This document shows, in pieces, positions 9,044 through 19,241 of a stretch of DNA of 64,000 bases. Source of the DNA: Solirubrobacterales bacterium. GTDB taxonomy: Bacteria; Actinomycetota; Thermoleophilia; Solirubrobacterales; 70-9. The position numbers were made by a program, and so were the translations under genes. The stretch is from positions 3,161 to 67,160 of the forward strand of contig DASURF010000022.1 of NCBI GenBank assembly GCA_036280195.1, read 5' to 3'. The number at the start of each line of letters is the position of its first letter. Position 1 is the stretch's first letter. The notes under the pieces were generated by a model, which saw nothing but the letters and a program-made list of their open reading frames with translations, was not told the origin of the DNA and did not search any database.

Positions 9044-9966
9044 GCGGCTTTCGAGGCCATCCGCTCAGGACTCACCCGGACGACGTCCCACACGAGCCCG
9101 GCCTTCTCGAGCCCGTCGATGATCAGGGCGGAGATGTCGACCTGGTACCAGCGCAGGCCGTGGGTGGCGGAGGTCGGGAAGGCGTGGTGGCTGTTGTGGA
9201 AGGCCTCGCCCAACGTCGGGATCGCGATCAGCGCCAGGTTGCGCGACTCGTCGGTGGTCTCGAATTCGCGCTTGCCGAAGGTGTGGCAGAGGGAGTTGAT
9301 GCTGTAGGTGAAGTGGTGGAGGACGAAGACCCGCACCAGGCCGCCCCAGAGCAGGCCGGTGAGGCCGGCGACGAGGGTGCCGCCGATGATCCAGCCGAGG
9401 AAGAAGGGGAGCAGCAGGCCGGCGATCGCCCAGAGCAGGAAGGTGCGATCGACCCAGCTGATCACCGGGTCCTTGATCAGGTCCGGCGCGAAGCGTTCCT
9501 TGTTGCCGCGCTGGGTGTGGATGAAGATCCAGCCCACGTGCGCGTGGAAGAGGCCCTTCATCGCCCCCTTCCAGCCGCCGCCGTGGTCGACGTGGGGGCT
9601 GTGGGGGTCGCCGTGTTCGTCGGAGAAGGTGTGGTGCTTGCGGTGGTCGGCGACCCAGGAGATCACCGGCCCCTCGATCGCCGCCGACCCCAGAATCCCG
9701 AACAGACCGCGCAGCCAGGGGTAGGTCTTGAAGGCGCGGTGGGTGAGGAGGCGATGGAACCCGACGGTGATGCCGAGCCCGGTCAGGAAGTACAGCCCGA
9801 AGAAGAGGAAGATGTCGGTCCAGTTCAGCGCGCTTCCCCATACCTGCCAGCCGGCGACGATGACGGCGAGGAAGGGGATCACGGTGACCAGACCGGTGAT
9901 GATCCGGTCCCTGGTCTCGTTCTCGACGGGCTGGATATCTGAGGGAAGTGGTCCTACGGTCGTCAT
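9040..9966 (-). CDS. acyl-CoA (delta-9-type) fatty acid desaturase
   Basis: Three His boxes are present: HRLLTH, HRKHHTFSD and HNSHHAFP. Membrane helices are also present. Confidence 0.9.
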   Translation of the reverse strand: MTTVGPLPSDIQPVENETRDRIITGLVTVIPFLAVIVAGWQVWGSALNWTDIFLFFGLYFLTGLGITVGFHRLLTHRAFKTYPWLRGLFGILGSAAIEGPVISWVADHRKHHTFSDEHGDPHSPHVDHGGGWKGAMKGLFHAHVGWIFIHTQRGNKERFAPDLIKDPVISWVDRTFLLWAIAGLLLPFFLGWIIGGTLVAGLTGLLWGGLVRVFVLHHFTYSINSLCHTFGKREFETTDESRNLALIAIPTLGEAFHNSHHAFPTSATHGLRWYQVDISALIIDGLEKAGLVWDVVRVSPERMASKAA

Positions 9967-10040
9967 GGCGGCGATGATACGGACCGGAGTTGAAGGTTCC
10001 TAGTCGGCCACTTGATCGGAAGTTGTAGGGTCCCCCGGCA

Positions 10041-11255
10041 GTGCCCTTCGCAAACACCGCACCACTGCGACGGGAGATCGCATCCCGCCTCCCGGAGCGG
10101 CCGTTCACGATCGAGTTCTGGGACGGCTCCGAGCTTCCCTCCACCTCCGGCGACGGCCCCGTCTTCAGCGTCCGCTCGCCGCGCGCGATCGCCCATGCGC
10201 TGCGGGCACCGGGCCAGCTGGGGCTCGGCCGCGCCTATGTCAGCGGCGAGCTCGAGGTCGACGACATCGACAAGGTGATCCGCGTCCTCGACGGCTGGCA
10301 GGCCCCCTCGCTCGACGGCGCCGACCAGCGGGCGCTGATGTTCGCCGCGGTGCGGGCGATGGGGCTCGTGATGCCGCCGCCGCGCCCGGCGGCCGAGCTG
10401 CGCCCGAGCGGCAAGCGCCACAGCAAGGAGCGCGACGCCCGCGCCGTCCGCCACCACTACGACGTCTCCAACGAGTTCTTCGAGCTCTTCCTCGGGCCGA
10501 CGATGGTCTACAGCTGCGCGATCTGGCGCGGCGGCGAGATGAAGACGCTGGAGCAGGCGCAGGAGGAGAAGCTCGACACCGTTGCGCGAAAGCTGCAGAT
10601 CAAGGAGGGCGAGCGCGTCCTCGACGTCGGCTGCGGCTGGGGCGGCTTCCCGCTCTGGGCGGCGACGAAGTACGGCGCAGACGTGGTCGGCATCACCCTC
10701 TCACCGCCGCAGGCCGAGAAGGCGCGGCAGCGGGCCGAGGAGGCCGGCGTCGCCGACCGGGTCGACATCCGCGTGATGGACTACCGCGACCTGCCGGCGC
10801 TCGGCGAGAAGTTCGACGCGATCGCCAGCATCGGCATGGTCGAGCACGTCGGCTCGGCCAACATCGACCTCTACGCCGAGACCCTGGCCAGCCTGCTCGA
10901 CTCCGGCGGCCGCCTGCTCAACCACGGCATCACCCGCCTGCGCCACACCGACCCCGAGGCGGGCGACTTCTCCGAGCGCTACGTCTTCCCCGACGCGGCG
11001 CCGCTGCACCTCTCGCGCAACCTGCTGGCGCTGGAACGCGCCGGCTTCAACGTGCACCACGTCGAGGACTTCGGCCCCGACTATGCCGAGACGCTGAAGC
11101 ACTGGGCGCAGAACCTGGATGCCAACCGGGCCGAGGGCGAGCGCCTAGCGGGTGCCGAACGGATGCGCGTCTGGCGCCTCTACCTGCGGATGGCCCGCAA
11201 CGGCTTCGAAAACGGCTTCTTGAACATCTACCAAGCCCGCTGCAGCAAGGCCTAA
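10041..11255 (+). CDS. cyclopropane-fatty-acyl-phospholipid synthase family SAM-dependent methyltransferase
   Basis: HYDVSNEFF and YSCA motifs, SAM motif I VLDVGCGWGG, and a CFA-synthase-like C-terminus (HWAQNL, WRLYL). Confidence 0.9.
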   Translation: MPFANTAPLRREIASRLPERPFTIEFWDGSELPSTSGDGPVFSVRSPRAIAHALRAPGQLGLGRAYVSGELEVDDIDKVIRVLDGWQAPSLDGADQRALMFAAVRAMGLVMPPPRPAAELRPSGKRHSKERDARAVRHHYDVSNEFFELFLGPTMVYSCAIWRGGEMKTLEQAQEEKLDTVARKLQIKEGERVLDVGCGWGGFPLWAATKYGADVVGITLSPPQAEKARQRAEEAGVADRVDIRVMDYRDLPALGEKFDAIASIGMVEHVGSANIDLYAETLASLLDSGGRLLNHGITRLRHTDPEAGDFSERYVFPDAAPLHLSRNLLALERAGFNVHHVEDFGPDYAETLKHWAQNLDANRAEGERLAGAERMRVWRLYLRMARNGFENGFLNIYQARCSKA

Positions 11256-11265
11256 GCCCCGCGCT

Positions 11266-11931
11266 TCAGACCGGGAAGCCGGCCGAGACCTCGGGGATCG
11301 CCCAGTTGGCGCCGGCCTGGCGCAGCTCCTCGACCGTGAAGTTGCCGGTGGCGACGCCGACGACCTCGATGCCGGCGCCGTGGCCGGCGGCGACGTCGCG
11401 GGGGGTGTCGCCGACCGAGATCGCGTTGCCGATGTCGAGAATGCCGCCGGAGACGAGCTTGCCGCGGTCCAGGGCGCAGCGGGTCAGCTCGGTGCGCTGG
11501 TTGGAGTCCGAGCCGTAGCCGCCGAAGGAGAAGAAGCGATTGAGCCCGCCGCGGGCGAGCTTGATGTGGGCGGCGGCCTCGACGTTGCCGGTGGTCAGGC
11601 CGAGCAGGTGGCCGGCGTCGACCAGGCGCTCGAGCAGCTCCTCGATCCCCGGCATCACCCGGTAGCCCTCCGATTCGTCGACAGCGCTGGAGAGGTGGCG
11701 CAGGTAGTGGCCCATCGCTGCCGCCAGCTCCTTCCCGTCGGGATCGCGGCCGAGGATGTTCTGCAGCGCCACCCGCCCCACTTCGGGGTCGGTCATCCCC
11801 GACTCGGTCACCTCGCGGATGTCGAGCGGCTTGCCGTAGAGCTCGACGAAAGCCTGCTTCCACGCCTCGCCCCCGGCACCGCCGGTGGTGATCAGCGTCC
11901 CGTCGATGTCGAAGAGGATGGCCTCGATCAC
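11266..11931 (-). CDS. HAD-superfamily hydrolase (phosphoglycolate phosphatase-like)
   Basis: DxDGT motif (FDIDGTL), TGN motif, and GD.P.D near the C-terminus. Confidence 0.85.
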   Translation of the reverse strand: MIEAILFDIDGTLITTGGAGGEAWKQAFVELYGKPLDIREVTESGMTDPEVGRVALQNILGRDPDGKELAAAMGHYLRHLSSAVDESEGYRVMPGIEELLERLVDAGHLLGLTTGNVEAAAHIKLARGGLNRFFSFGGYGSDSNQRTELTRCALDRGKLVSGGILDIGNAISVGDTPRDVAAGHGAGIEVVGVATGNFTVEELRQAGANWAIPEVSAGFPV

Positions 11932-11944
11932 GCGGTCAGCGTAC

Positions 11945-12949
11945 TCAGTGCTCGGACTCGAGCATGTCCTTCTGGGCCAGCGCGTAGAGCAGCCCCAGCG
12001 AGGGAAGGACGAGGACCGCGGCGACCCCGAAGACGACGAGGACGATGGTCAGCGTGGGGTCGGGTGCGGCGGCCTGGTCGATGCGGAGGCCGGTCGGCAG
12101 CAGGTAGGGGAACTGGGCGACGGCCCAGCCCCAGATCACGGTGACGAAGGCGGCGCCGGCGAGCGGCCGCAGCGGCCGGCGGCCGCCGCGCATGAGCACG
12201 ACGATCGCGGCGGCGCCGCAGAGCAGCGAGAGGACCACCAGCGGCAGGCCCTGGTCGAGGAGGCGGTCGTGGACGTAGCCGGCTTCGGAGTCGAGGAGGA
12301 AGAGGCCGGCGACCGCCAGGGCACCGGCGACCACGGCAGCCCCCAGGGCGCGGCGCTCGAAGTAGCGCTCCATGTCCGGCTCCCCGGCCCGCCGCGCGTC
12401 GCCGACGAGGAAGATCGCCGCCAGGTAGGCCCCGCCGACCACGAACAGTGCCCCGGTCAGCAGCGGCAGCGGCTGCAACCAGGAGGAGAAGGCGTCGCCG
12501 TTGCCGTCGGCGGGGACGTTTTCGGCGGCGATCGCGCCGACCACCGCCCCCATGAAGAACGGCGTCAGCAGCGAGGAGATCGCGAAGGTGGCACCGGCGG
12601 CGCGGCGGCCGGAAAGGCCTTCGATCGACTTGCGGAAGGCGAAGCCGGAGCCGCGCAGGATGATCCCGAAGGCGGCGACCGTGATCGGCACGTACAGCGT
12701 CGTCATCACGGCGTAGAAGGCCGAGGGGAAGGCGGTCCAGAGGACGACGAGGCAGAAGATCAGCCAGACGTGGTTCGCCTCCCAGACGGGGGTCAGCGAG
12801 CGCTGGATCGTCGCCCGCGGGCGCTCGCCGCGCTCGGCCCCGCCGGCGACCAGGTCCCAGAAGCCGCCGCCGAAGTCGGCACCGCCGAACAGCGCGTAGA
12901 AGGTGACCCCGGCCCAGAGGATGACCGCTGCGGCGTCCGCCAGGCTCAT
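11945..12949 (-). CDS. cydB: cytochrome bd ubiquinol oxidase subunit II
   Basis: 334-aa polytopic protein with the GADFGGG motif. It has a 4-nt overlap with cydA upstream. Confidence 0.9.
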   Translation of the reverse strand: MSLADAAAVILWAGVTFYALFGGADFGGGFWDLVAGGAERGERPRATIQRSLTPVWEANHVWLIFCLVVLWTAFPSAFYAVMTTLYVPITVAAFGIILRGSGFAFRKSIEGLSGRRAAGATFAISSLLTPFFMGAVVGAIAAENVPADGNGDAFSSWLQPLPLLTGALFVVGGAYLAAIFLVGDARRAGEPDMERYFERRALGAAVVAGALAVAGLFLLDSEAGYVHDRLLDQGLPLVVLSLLCGAAAIVVLMRGGRRPLRPLAGAAFVTVIWGWAVAQFPYLLPTGLRIDQAAAPDPTLTIVLVVFGVAAVLVLPSLGLLYALAQKDMLESEH

Positions 12950-14370
12950 GCGCCACCTCCGCCGACGGGCCGATCTGCGGTTACGTCAACCGCTTTTCGT
13001 CCCGCCGGTGCGTAGGGGCCCTCGCCTTCCGGCTCGGCTCCGCCCTCGCGCCAGCGCTTCGACATCGCCCGCAGGACGCCGATCGTGATCGCGGTCAGCG
13101 CCGCGTAGATCGACATCACCAGGGCGAAGGTGAACCAGATCCCGTCGGCTTTGGTCACCGCTTCGGAGGTCCGCATGTACCCCTGGACGATCCAGGGCTG
13201 CCGGCCTACCTCGGTGACGATCCAGCCGCACCACAGGGCGATGATCGCGCCGACTCCGGAGACCGCGACCGCGCGCAGGAACCACGGCGTCTGCGGGATA
13301 TCGCGCCGTCGCCACCAGACGAAGGCGAACCACAGCGCCAGCAGCATCAGCGCCGACCCGATCCCGACCATCGTGTCGAAGGAGAGGTGGAGCATGGTGT
13401 GCGCCGGCGGCTCCTCGTCGTCGGGGATCTGGTCCAGCCCGGTCACCTTCGTGTCGAAGCTCCAGCCGACGAGGAAGGAGTCGAGGTCGGGGATCGCGAT
13501 CGCCCCCTTCACCTCTTCGTCGGTGCAGATGCCGCCGATGTACTCGTCCTGATGGGTCCCCGTCTCGTAAATGCACTCCATCGCCGCGAACTTGGCCGGC
13601 TGGTGGTCGGCGACTTCGCGCGCCGCGGTGTCGCCGACGAAGAGCTGGACCGGGGTGGCGATGCAGGCGATCGTCAGCGGGATCAGCAGGCCGAGCCGGT
13701 GCAGGCGGTCGCGCCGCCCCTTCAGCATTCCGACCGCGTAGATCGAGGCGACGAGGAAGCCGACCACCATGTAGGCGGCGAGCAGCATGTGGAAGAACTC
13801 GTAACCCGTGGCGGGGTTGATGAGCACCTTCAGCGGTTCGACGTCGACGACCTTGCCGGCGGCGTCCAGCGTGAAGCCCTGCGGCTGGTTCATCCAGGCG
13901 TTGGCGGCGATCACCGAGAGGGCGCCGCCGATGCCGGTGACGACCATCGGCACTCCGGCCCAGAAGTGCGGCCAGGGCTTGAGCCGTTTCCAGCCGTAGA
14001 TGTAGATGGCGAGGAAGATCGCCTCGAGGAAGAAGAAGATCCCCTCGATCGCGAAGGCGACCCCGAAGGCGGCGCCGAAGCGGTCCATGAACTCCGGCCA
14101 GAGGAGGCCGAACTCGAAGCTGATCAGGGTGCCGCTGACGGCGCCGACGGCGAAGGTGACCGCCATCGCTTTCGACCAGCGGCGGGCCAGCTCCATCGCC
14201 GCCTCGTCGCCCTTTTTCAGCCCCAGGTAGTTGGCGACCAGGATCGTCGCCGGCAGCGCCACCCCGAGGCAGGAGAAGACGATGTGGAAGCCGAGCGTCC
14301 ACGCCATCTGGTTGCGCGCGGCGAGCAGGTTCGACGACTCCGCCAGGGGAAGCGGATCGAACGGCAGCAT
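12946..14370 (-). CDS. cydA: cytochrome bd ubiquinol oxidase subunit I
   Basis: 474 aa with conserved CydA features (RNQMAWTLGFHIVF, a Q-loop region, and GWIVTEVGRQPW near the C-terminus). Confidence 0.9.
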   Translation of the reverse strand: MLPFDPLPLAESSNLLAARNQMAWTLGFHIVFSCLGVALPATILVANYLGLKKGDEAAMELARRWSKAMAVTFAVGAVSGTLISFEFGLLWPEFMDRFGAAFGVAFAIEGIFFFLEAIFLAIYIYGWKRLKPWPHFWAGVPMVVTGIGGALSVIAANAWMNQPQGFTLDAAGKVVDVEPLKVLINPATGYEFFHMLLAAYMVVGFLVASIYAVGMLKGRRDRLHRLGLLIPLTIACIATPVQLFVGDTAAREVADHQPAKFAAMECIYETGTHQDEYIGGICTDEEVKGAIAIPDLDSFLVGWSFDTKVTGLDQIPDDEEPPAHTMLHLSFDTMVGIGSALMLLALWFAFVWWRRRDIPQTPWFLRAVAVSGVGAIIALWCGWIVTEVGRQPWIVQGYMRTSEAVTKADGIWFTFALVMSIYAALTAITIGVLRAMSKRWREGGAEPEGEGPYAPAGRKAVDVTADRPVGGGGA

Positions 14371-14380
14371 GTGGGCGAGA

Positions 14381-16021
14381 TTACTCCCCCGAACGGAGGC
14401 TGCGGTAGCGCCGGATCAGCGCGTTGGTGGAGCTGTCGTGGCGCAGCTTCGGCTCCTCCGGCGACTCGAGCTCGGGGATGATCGCCTTGGCCAGGACCTT
14501 GCCCAGCTCGACCCCCCACTGGTCGAAGGAGTCGATCCCCCAGATCGCCCCCTGGGTGAAGACGCTGTGCTCGTAGAACGCGACGAGGGCGCCCAGCGTC
14601 TCCGGCGTCAGCCGCTCGGCGAGGATCGTGTTCGAGGGCCGGTTTCCCTCCATCACCCGATGCGGGACGACATCCTCCGCCGTCCCCTCCTCCCGCACCT
14701 GCTCGGGCGTTTTGCCGAAGGCGAGCGCTTCGCCCTGGGCGAAGACGTTTGACATGAGGATGTCGTGGTGGCGGCCGAGTGGGTTGAGGGTGTTGCCGAA
14801 GCCGATGAAGTCGCAGGGGATCAGCCGCGTCCCCTGGTGGATCAGCTGGTAGAAGCTGTGCTGGCCGTTGGTCCCCGGCTCGCCCCAGTAGACGGCGCCG
14901 GTGTCGTAGTCGACGTGGGCACCGTCGAGGGTCACGTGCTTGCCGTTCGACTCCATCGTCAGCTGCTGCAGGTAGGCGGGGAAGCGGTGCAGGTACTGCT
15001 CGTAGGGCAGCACCGCGTACGTTTCGGCGCCGAAGAAGTCCGTGTACCAGACGGCCAAAAGACCGTGGATCATCGGCAGGTTGGCGCCGGTCGGGGTCTC
15101 GCGGAAGTGCTCGTCCATCGCGTGGAAGCCGGCCAGCATCTCCTTGAAGCGGGCCGGGCCGATCGCCAGCATCGTCGAGAGGCCGATCGCCGAGTCCATC
15201 GAGTAGCGGCCGCCCACCCACTCCCAGAAGCCGAACATGTTCTCCCGGTCGATCCCGAACTTCGTCGTCTCCGCGGCGTTGGTGGAGATGGCGACGAAGT
15301 GCTTGGCGACAGCCACCTCGTCGCCGCCGACCCCGGCCAGCAGCCATTCGCGCGCGGTCTGGGCGTTGGTCATCGTCTCCAGCGTGGTGAAGGTCTTCGA
15401 GGAGATGACGAAGAGGGTCTCCTCGGGGTCGAGGTCGCGGGTCTTCTCGGCGAAGTCGGTGCCGTCGACGTTGGAGACGAAGCGGAAGGTCATCTCGCGG
15501 CGGCTGTAGTGCTTCAGCGCCTCGTAGGCCATCACCGGGCCGAGGTCGGAGCCGCCGATGCCGATGTTGACGACGTTGCGGATCGGCTTGCCGGTGTGGC
15601 CGCGCCACTCCTCCGAGCGCACCCGCTCGCTGAAGCCGGCCATCCGGTCGAGCGTCTCGTGCACCTCCTTGACCACGTCCACCCCGTCGACCACCAGCGA
15701 GCGGTTGCGCGGCATCCGCAGCGCCACGTGGAGGACGGCGCGGTCCTCGGAGACGTTGATGTGCTCGCCGGCGAACATCGCGTCGCGGCGCTCGGCGACC
15801 CCGCGCTGCTGCGCCAGGGAACCGAGCAGCAGCAGCGTCTCGTCGGTGATCCGGTTCTTCGAGAAGTCGAGGTAGAGGCCGGCGCCCTCGGCGATCAGCC
15901 GCTCGCCGCGGTCGGGGTCGGCGGCGAACAGCTCGCGCAGATGGGTGCTACCGACCTGCGCGAAGTGGGACTCCAGCTCGGCCCAGGAGGGCGCCTGGCG
16001 CAGCGCCGAGGGCTCGGTCAC
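14381..16021 (-). CDS. pgi: glucose-6-phosphate isomerase
   Basis: 546 aa. PGI signatures are [15 protein letters not shown] and [18 protein letters not shown]. Confidence 0.95.
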   Translation of the reverse strand: MTEPSALRQAPSWAELESHFAQVGSTHLRELFAADPDRGERLIAEGAGLYLDFSKNRITDETLLLLGSLAQQRGVAERRDAMFAGEHINVSEDRAVLHVALRMPRNRSLVVDGVDVVKEVHETLDRMAGFSERVRSEEWRGHTGKPIRNVVNIGIGGSDLGPVMAYEALKHYSRREMTFRFVSNVDGTDFAEKTRDLDPEETLFVISSKTFTTLETMTNAQTAREWLLAGVGGDEVAVAKHFVAISTNAAETTKFGIDRENMFGFWEWVGGRYSMDSAIGLSTMLAIGPARFKEMLAGFHAMDEHFRETPTGANLPMIHGLLAVWYTDFFGAETYAVLPYEQYLHRFPAYLQQLTMESNGKHVTLDGAHVDYDTGAVYWGEPGTNGQHSFYQLIHQGTRLIPCDFIGFGNTLNPLGRHHDILMSNVFAQGEALAFGKTPEQVREEGTAEDVVPHRVMEGNRPSNTILAERLTPETLGALVAFYEHSVFTQGAIWGIDSFDQWGVELGKVLAKAIIPELESPEEPKLRHDSSTNALIRRYRSLRSGE

Positions 16022-17121
16022 CCGGCCGTGACCCCGCTCTGATCCTCGATCGACTTCAGCAGCTCTTCCCAGGACTTGTTGAAGGCCTCTTTGCCCTCCT
16101 CCTGGAGGCGGGTCGCCAGCGCGGCGACGTCGATCCCGGCCTCGGCGAACTCGGCCAGGACCTGCTCGGCGTTGCCTCCGTCCTTGGGGAAGAGGTCGGT
16201 GACCTGGCCGTGGTCGGCGAAGGCGTGCAGGGTCGGCTCCGGCATCGTGTTGACCGTGAAGGGCGAGGCGAAGGCCTCGATGTAGAGCGTGTCGGAGGCG
16301 TCTGGGTCCTTGGTCCCGGTGCTTGCCCAGAGCAGCCGTTGCGGCCGCGCGCCCTCGTTCATCAGGCGCCGCATGCGGTCGGACTCGAGCAGCTCGTTGT
16401 AGGCGCGGAAGGCGCGACCGCCGATCGCGATCCCCAGCCGGTTGACGAGGTGCTCCGGCACGTCCTTGCCGACGGCGACGTCCCAGCGGCTGATGAAGAG
16501 CGAGGCGACGGAGGCGACGTTCGGGTCGAGCCCGGCCTCGATCCGCCGCTCGATCCCGCGCATGTAGGCATCGGCGGCGCCGAGGTACTGCTTGTCGTCG
16601 AAGAGCAGGGTGACGTTGATCGGGATGCCGGCGAAGATCGACTCCTCGATCGCCTCCCGGCCGGCCTCGGTGCCGGGGATCTTGATGTAGAGGTTGTCGC
16701 GCTCGCCCTTGGCGTGCAGCGCCTTGGCCTCCTCGATCGTCGCCGCGGCGTCGTCGGCGATCAGCGGCGAGACCTCGAGCGAGCAGAAGCCGTCGACGCC
16801 GGCGGTGCGGCGGTGGACGTCGGCGAAGAGGTTGCAGGCGTCGCGCAGGTCGGCGAGGGCCAGCTCGAAGAAGATCTTCTCGTTCTCGTTGGCGCCGACG
16901 CCCTCGCCGGCAGCCGCCTTCGGCGCCAGCTCGGCGATCTGCTCGTTGTAGGCGTCGCCGCCGGAGATCGCCTTGTCGAAGATCGACGGGTTCGAAGTCA
17001 GGCCGGTGACCGAGAGGTCGCGGATGTAGCCCTCGAGCACCCCCTCGCGCAGCATCGGCCGCGTGATGTTGTCGAGCCAGAGGCTCTGTCCCAAGTCGTG
17101 CAGACGCTGCGTCGGCTTCAT
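16018..17121 (-). CDS. tal: transaldolase
   Basis: 367 aa. Motifs [15 protein letters not shown] and the active-site region IKIPGT. It has a 4-nt overlap with pgi. Confidence 0.95.
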   Translation of the reverse strand: MKPTQRLHDLGQSLWLDNITRPMLREGVLEGYIRDLSVTGLTSNPSIFDKAISGGDAYNEQIAELAPKAAAGEGVGANENEKIFFELALADLRDACNLFADVHRRTAGVDGFCSLEVSPLIADDAAATIEEAKALHAKGERDNLYIKIPGTEAGREAIEESIFAGIPINVTLLFDDKQYLGAADAYMRGIERRIEAGLDPNVASVASLFISRWDVAVGKDVPEHLVNRLGIAIGGRAFRAYNELLESDRMRRLMNEGARPQRLLWASTGTKDPDASDTLYIEAFASPFTVNTMPEPTLHAFADHGQVTDLFPKDGGNAEQVLAEFAEAGIDVAALATRLQEEGKEAFNKSWEELLKSIEDQSGVTAG

Positions 17122-17134
17122 GTTGAGCGCCCCC

Positions 17135-19195
17135 TTAAGGCGTTGGGTTGGCGGTCGCGCGCTCGGCGACCTCTCGCGCCACCTTGGTGACGTTGTCGAC
17201 GGTGAACCCGAACTCGGCCTCGACGTCCGCGAACGGCGCCGACTGCCCGAAGGTGGTCATACCCATGATGGCACCCTCGCTTCCCACCCATTTCTCCCAG
17301 CCGAGCGGCGAGGCCTCCTCGATCGCGAGACGGGCGGTGACGTCCGGCGGCAGCACCTCGTCGCGGTAGGACTGGTCCTGCTTTTCGAAGATCTCCCAGC
17401 AGGGAAGGCTGACGACGCGGCTGCGGATTCCGTCGGCCTTGAGGCGCTCGTGGGCGCCGACCGCGAGCTGGACCTCGCTGCCGGTGGCGATCAGGATCAG
17501 CTCCGGATCGCCGTCCTCGGGGTCGGCGAGGACGTAGCCGCCGCGCTGGACCCCCTCGGCCGAGGCGTACCTGGAGCGGTCGAGCACCGGCACGTTCTGG
17601 CGGGTCATCACCATCGCGACCGGGCAGTGGGTCCGGTTCAGCGCGAGCTTCCAGGCCTCGGTCACCTCGTTGGCGTCAGCGGGGCGGATCACGTCGAGCT
17701 CCGGCATCGCCCGCAGGCCGGCGAGCTGCTCGACCGGCTGGTGGGTCGGGCCGTCCTCGCCCAGCCCGATCGAGTCGTGGGTGAAGAGGTGGACGACCGG
17801 CAGCTCCATCTGCGCCGAGAGGCGGATCGCGGCGCGGGCGTAGTCGGAGAAGGTGAGGTAGGTCGACCAGAGCGGGCGCAGCTTCGCCGTTGACATCCCG
17901 CTGCAGGCCGCGGCGGCGGCGTGTTCGCGGATCCCGAAGTGGACCTGGCGACCGTCGTAGCTGCCCGGCTCGTACTGGTCGGCGTCGGCGAGCCGGACCG
18001 AGGTCGAGTCGGTCAGGTCGCAGGAGCCGGCGATCAGCCACGGGATCTTGGCGGCGATCGCGTTCTGGACCTTGTTCGAGGCCTTGCGGGTGGCGAGGCC
18101 CTTCTCTTCGTCGGCCTCGAAGCTCGGCAGGTCGGCGTCCCAGCCGTCGGGCAGGCCGCGGCGCTGCATCATCTCCAGCTCGGCGGCTTTCTCGGGGTTG
18201 TCGCCCTTGTAGGACCGGAACCTCTCGACCCAGGCCGAGTGCGCCTCGGCGCCGCGCCGGCCGATCACCTCGTCGAAGCGCTCGCGGACGCCGTCGGGGA
18301 CGAGGAACTTGGCGTCCTTCGGCCAGCCGTAGACCTCCTTGGTCAGTTCGATCTCCTCTTCGCCGAGCGGTTCGCCGTGGGCGGACTCGGTGTCCTGCTT
18401 GTTCGGCGAGCCCCAGCCGATGTGGCTGTCGACGACGATCAGGGTCGGGCGGCCCACCTCAGCCTTGAACTCGTTGAAGGCTTTGCCGAGCAGCCCCGTG
18501 TCGTTGGCGTCGCCGACCCGCAGCACGTTCCAGCCGTAGCCCTCGAAGCGGGTGAGGACGTCGTCGGAGAAGGCGAGGGCGGTGTCGCCGTCGATCGAGA
18601 TGTGGTTGTTGTCGAAGATCCAGCAGAGGTTGTCCAGCTTCAGGTGGCCGGCGAGCGAGGCGGCTTCGTGGGAGATCCCCTCCTGCAGGCAGCCGTCGCC
18701 GGCGAGGGCGTAGGTGTCGAAGTCGAACAGCTCGGCGCCGTAGGTGGCGCCCAGCCACTTCGAGGCCATCGCCATCCCGACCGAGCTGCCGACCCCCTGG
18801 CCGAGCGGCCCGGTGGTGGTCTCGACGCCGGTGGTCCAGCGGTACTCGGGGTGACCCGGGGTGCGCGAGTGCAGCTGGCGGAAGTTTTCGATCTCCTCCA
18901 GCGAGCAGGCCGGTTCGTCGGTGACGTTGTACTCGGCGTCGACCTTGCGGACGCCGGCGAGGAAGATCATCGAGTAGAGGAGCATCGAGGCGTGGCCGGC
19001 AGAGAGCACGAAGCGGTCGCGGTTCGGCCAGACCGGGTTGGCCGGGTCGTAGCGCAGGTGGTTCTGCCAGAGCTCGTAGGCGACGGGCGCCAGCGACATC
19101 GGCGTCCCCGGGTGGCCCGAGTTCGCCTTCTGGACGGCGTCCATCGAGAGGGTGCGGATGGTGTTGATTGCGAGCTGATCGATGTCCTGGGTCAT
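17135..19195 (-). CDS. tkt: transketolase
   Basis: 686 aa. Contains SGHPG, the ThDP motif GDGCLQEG and the HDSIGLGEDGPTHQP motif. Confidence 0.95.
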   Translation of the reverse strand: MTQDIDQLAINTIRTLSMDAVQKANSGHPGTPMSLAPVAYELWQNHLRYDPANPVWPNRDRFVLSAGHASMLLYSMIFLAGVRKVDAEYNVTDEPACSLEEIENFRQLHSRTPGHPEYRWTTGVETTTGPLGQGVGSSVGMAMASKWLGATYGAELFDFDTYALAGDGCLQEGISHEAASLAGHLKLDNLCWIFDNNHISIDGDTALAFSDDVLTRFEGYGWNVLRVGDANDTGLLGKAFNEFKAEVGRPTLIVVDSHIGWGSPNKQDTESAHGEPLGEEEIELTKEVYGWPKDAKFLVPDGVRERFDEVIGRRGAEAHSAWVERFRSYKGDNPEKAAELEMMQRRGLPDGWDADLPSFEADEEKGLATRKASNKVQNAIAAKIPWLIAGSCDLTDSTSVRLADADQYEPGSYDGRQVHFGIREHAAAAACSGMSTAKLRPLWSTYLTFSDYARAAIRLSAQMELPVVHLFTHDSIGLGEDGPTHQPVEQLAGLRAMPELDVIRPADANEVTEAWKLALNRTHCPVAMVMTRQNVPVLDRSRYASAEGVQRGGYVLADPEDGDPELILIATGSEVQLAVGAHERLKADGIRSRVVSLPCWEIFEKQDQSYRDEVLPPDVTARLAIEEASPLGWEKWVGSEGAIMGMTTFGQSAPFADVEAEFGFTVDNVTKVAREVAERATANPTP

Positions 19196-19241
19196 TGGCC
19201 CGATCCTAGAGATTTGGCCGACCCGATCAGCGCGCCGAACG

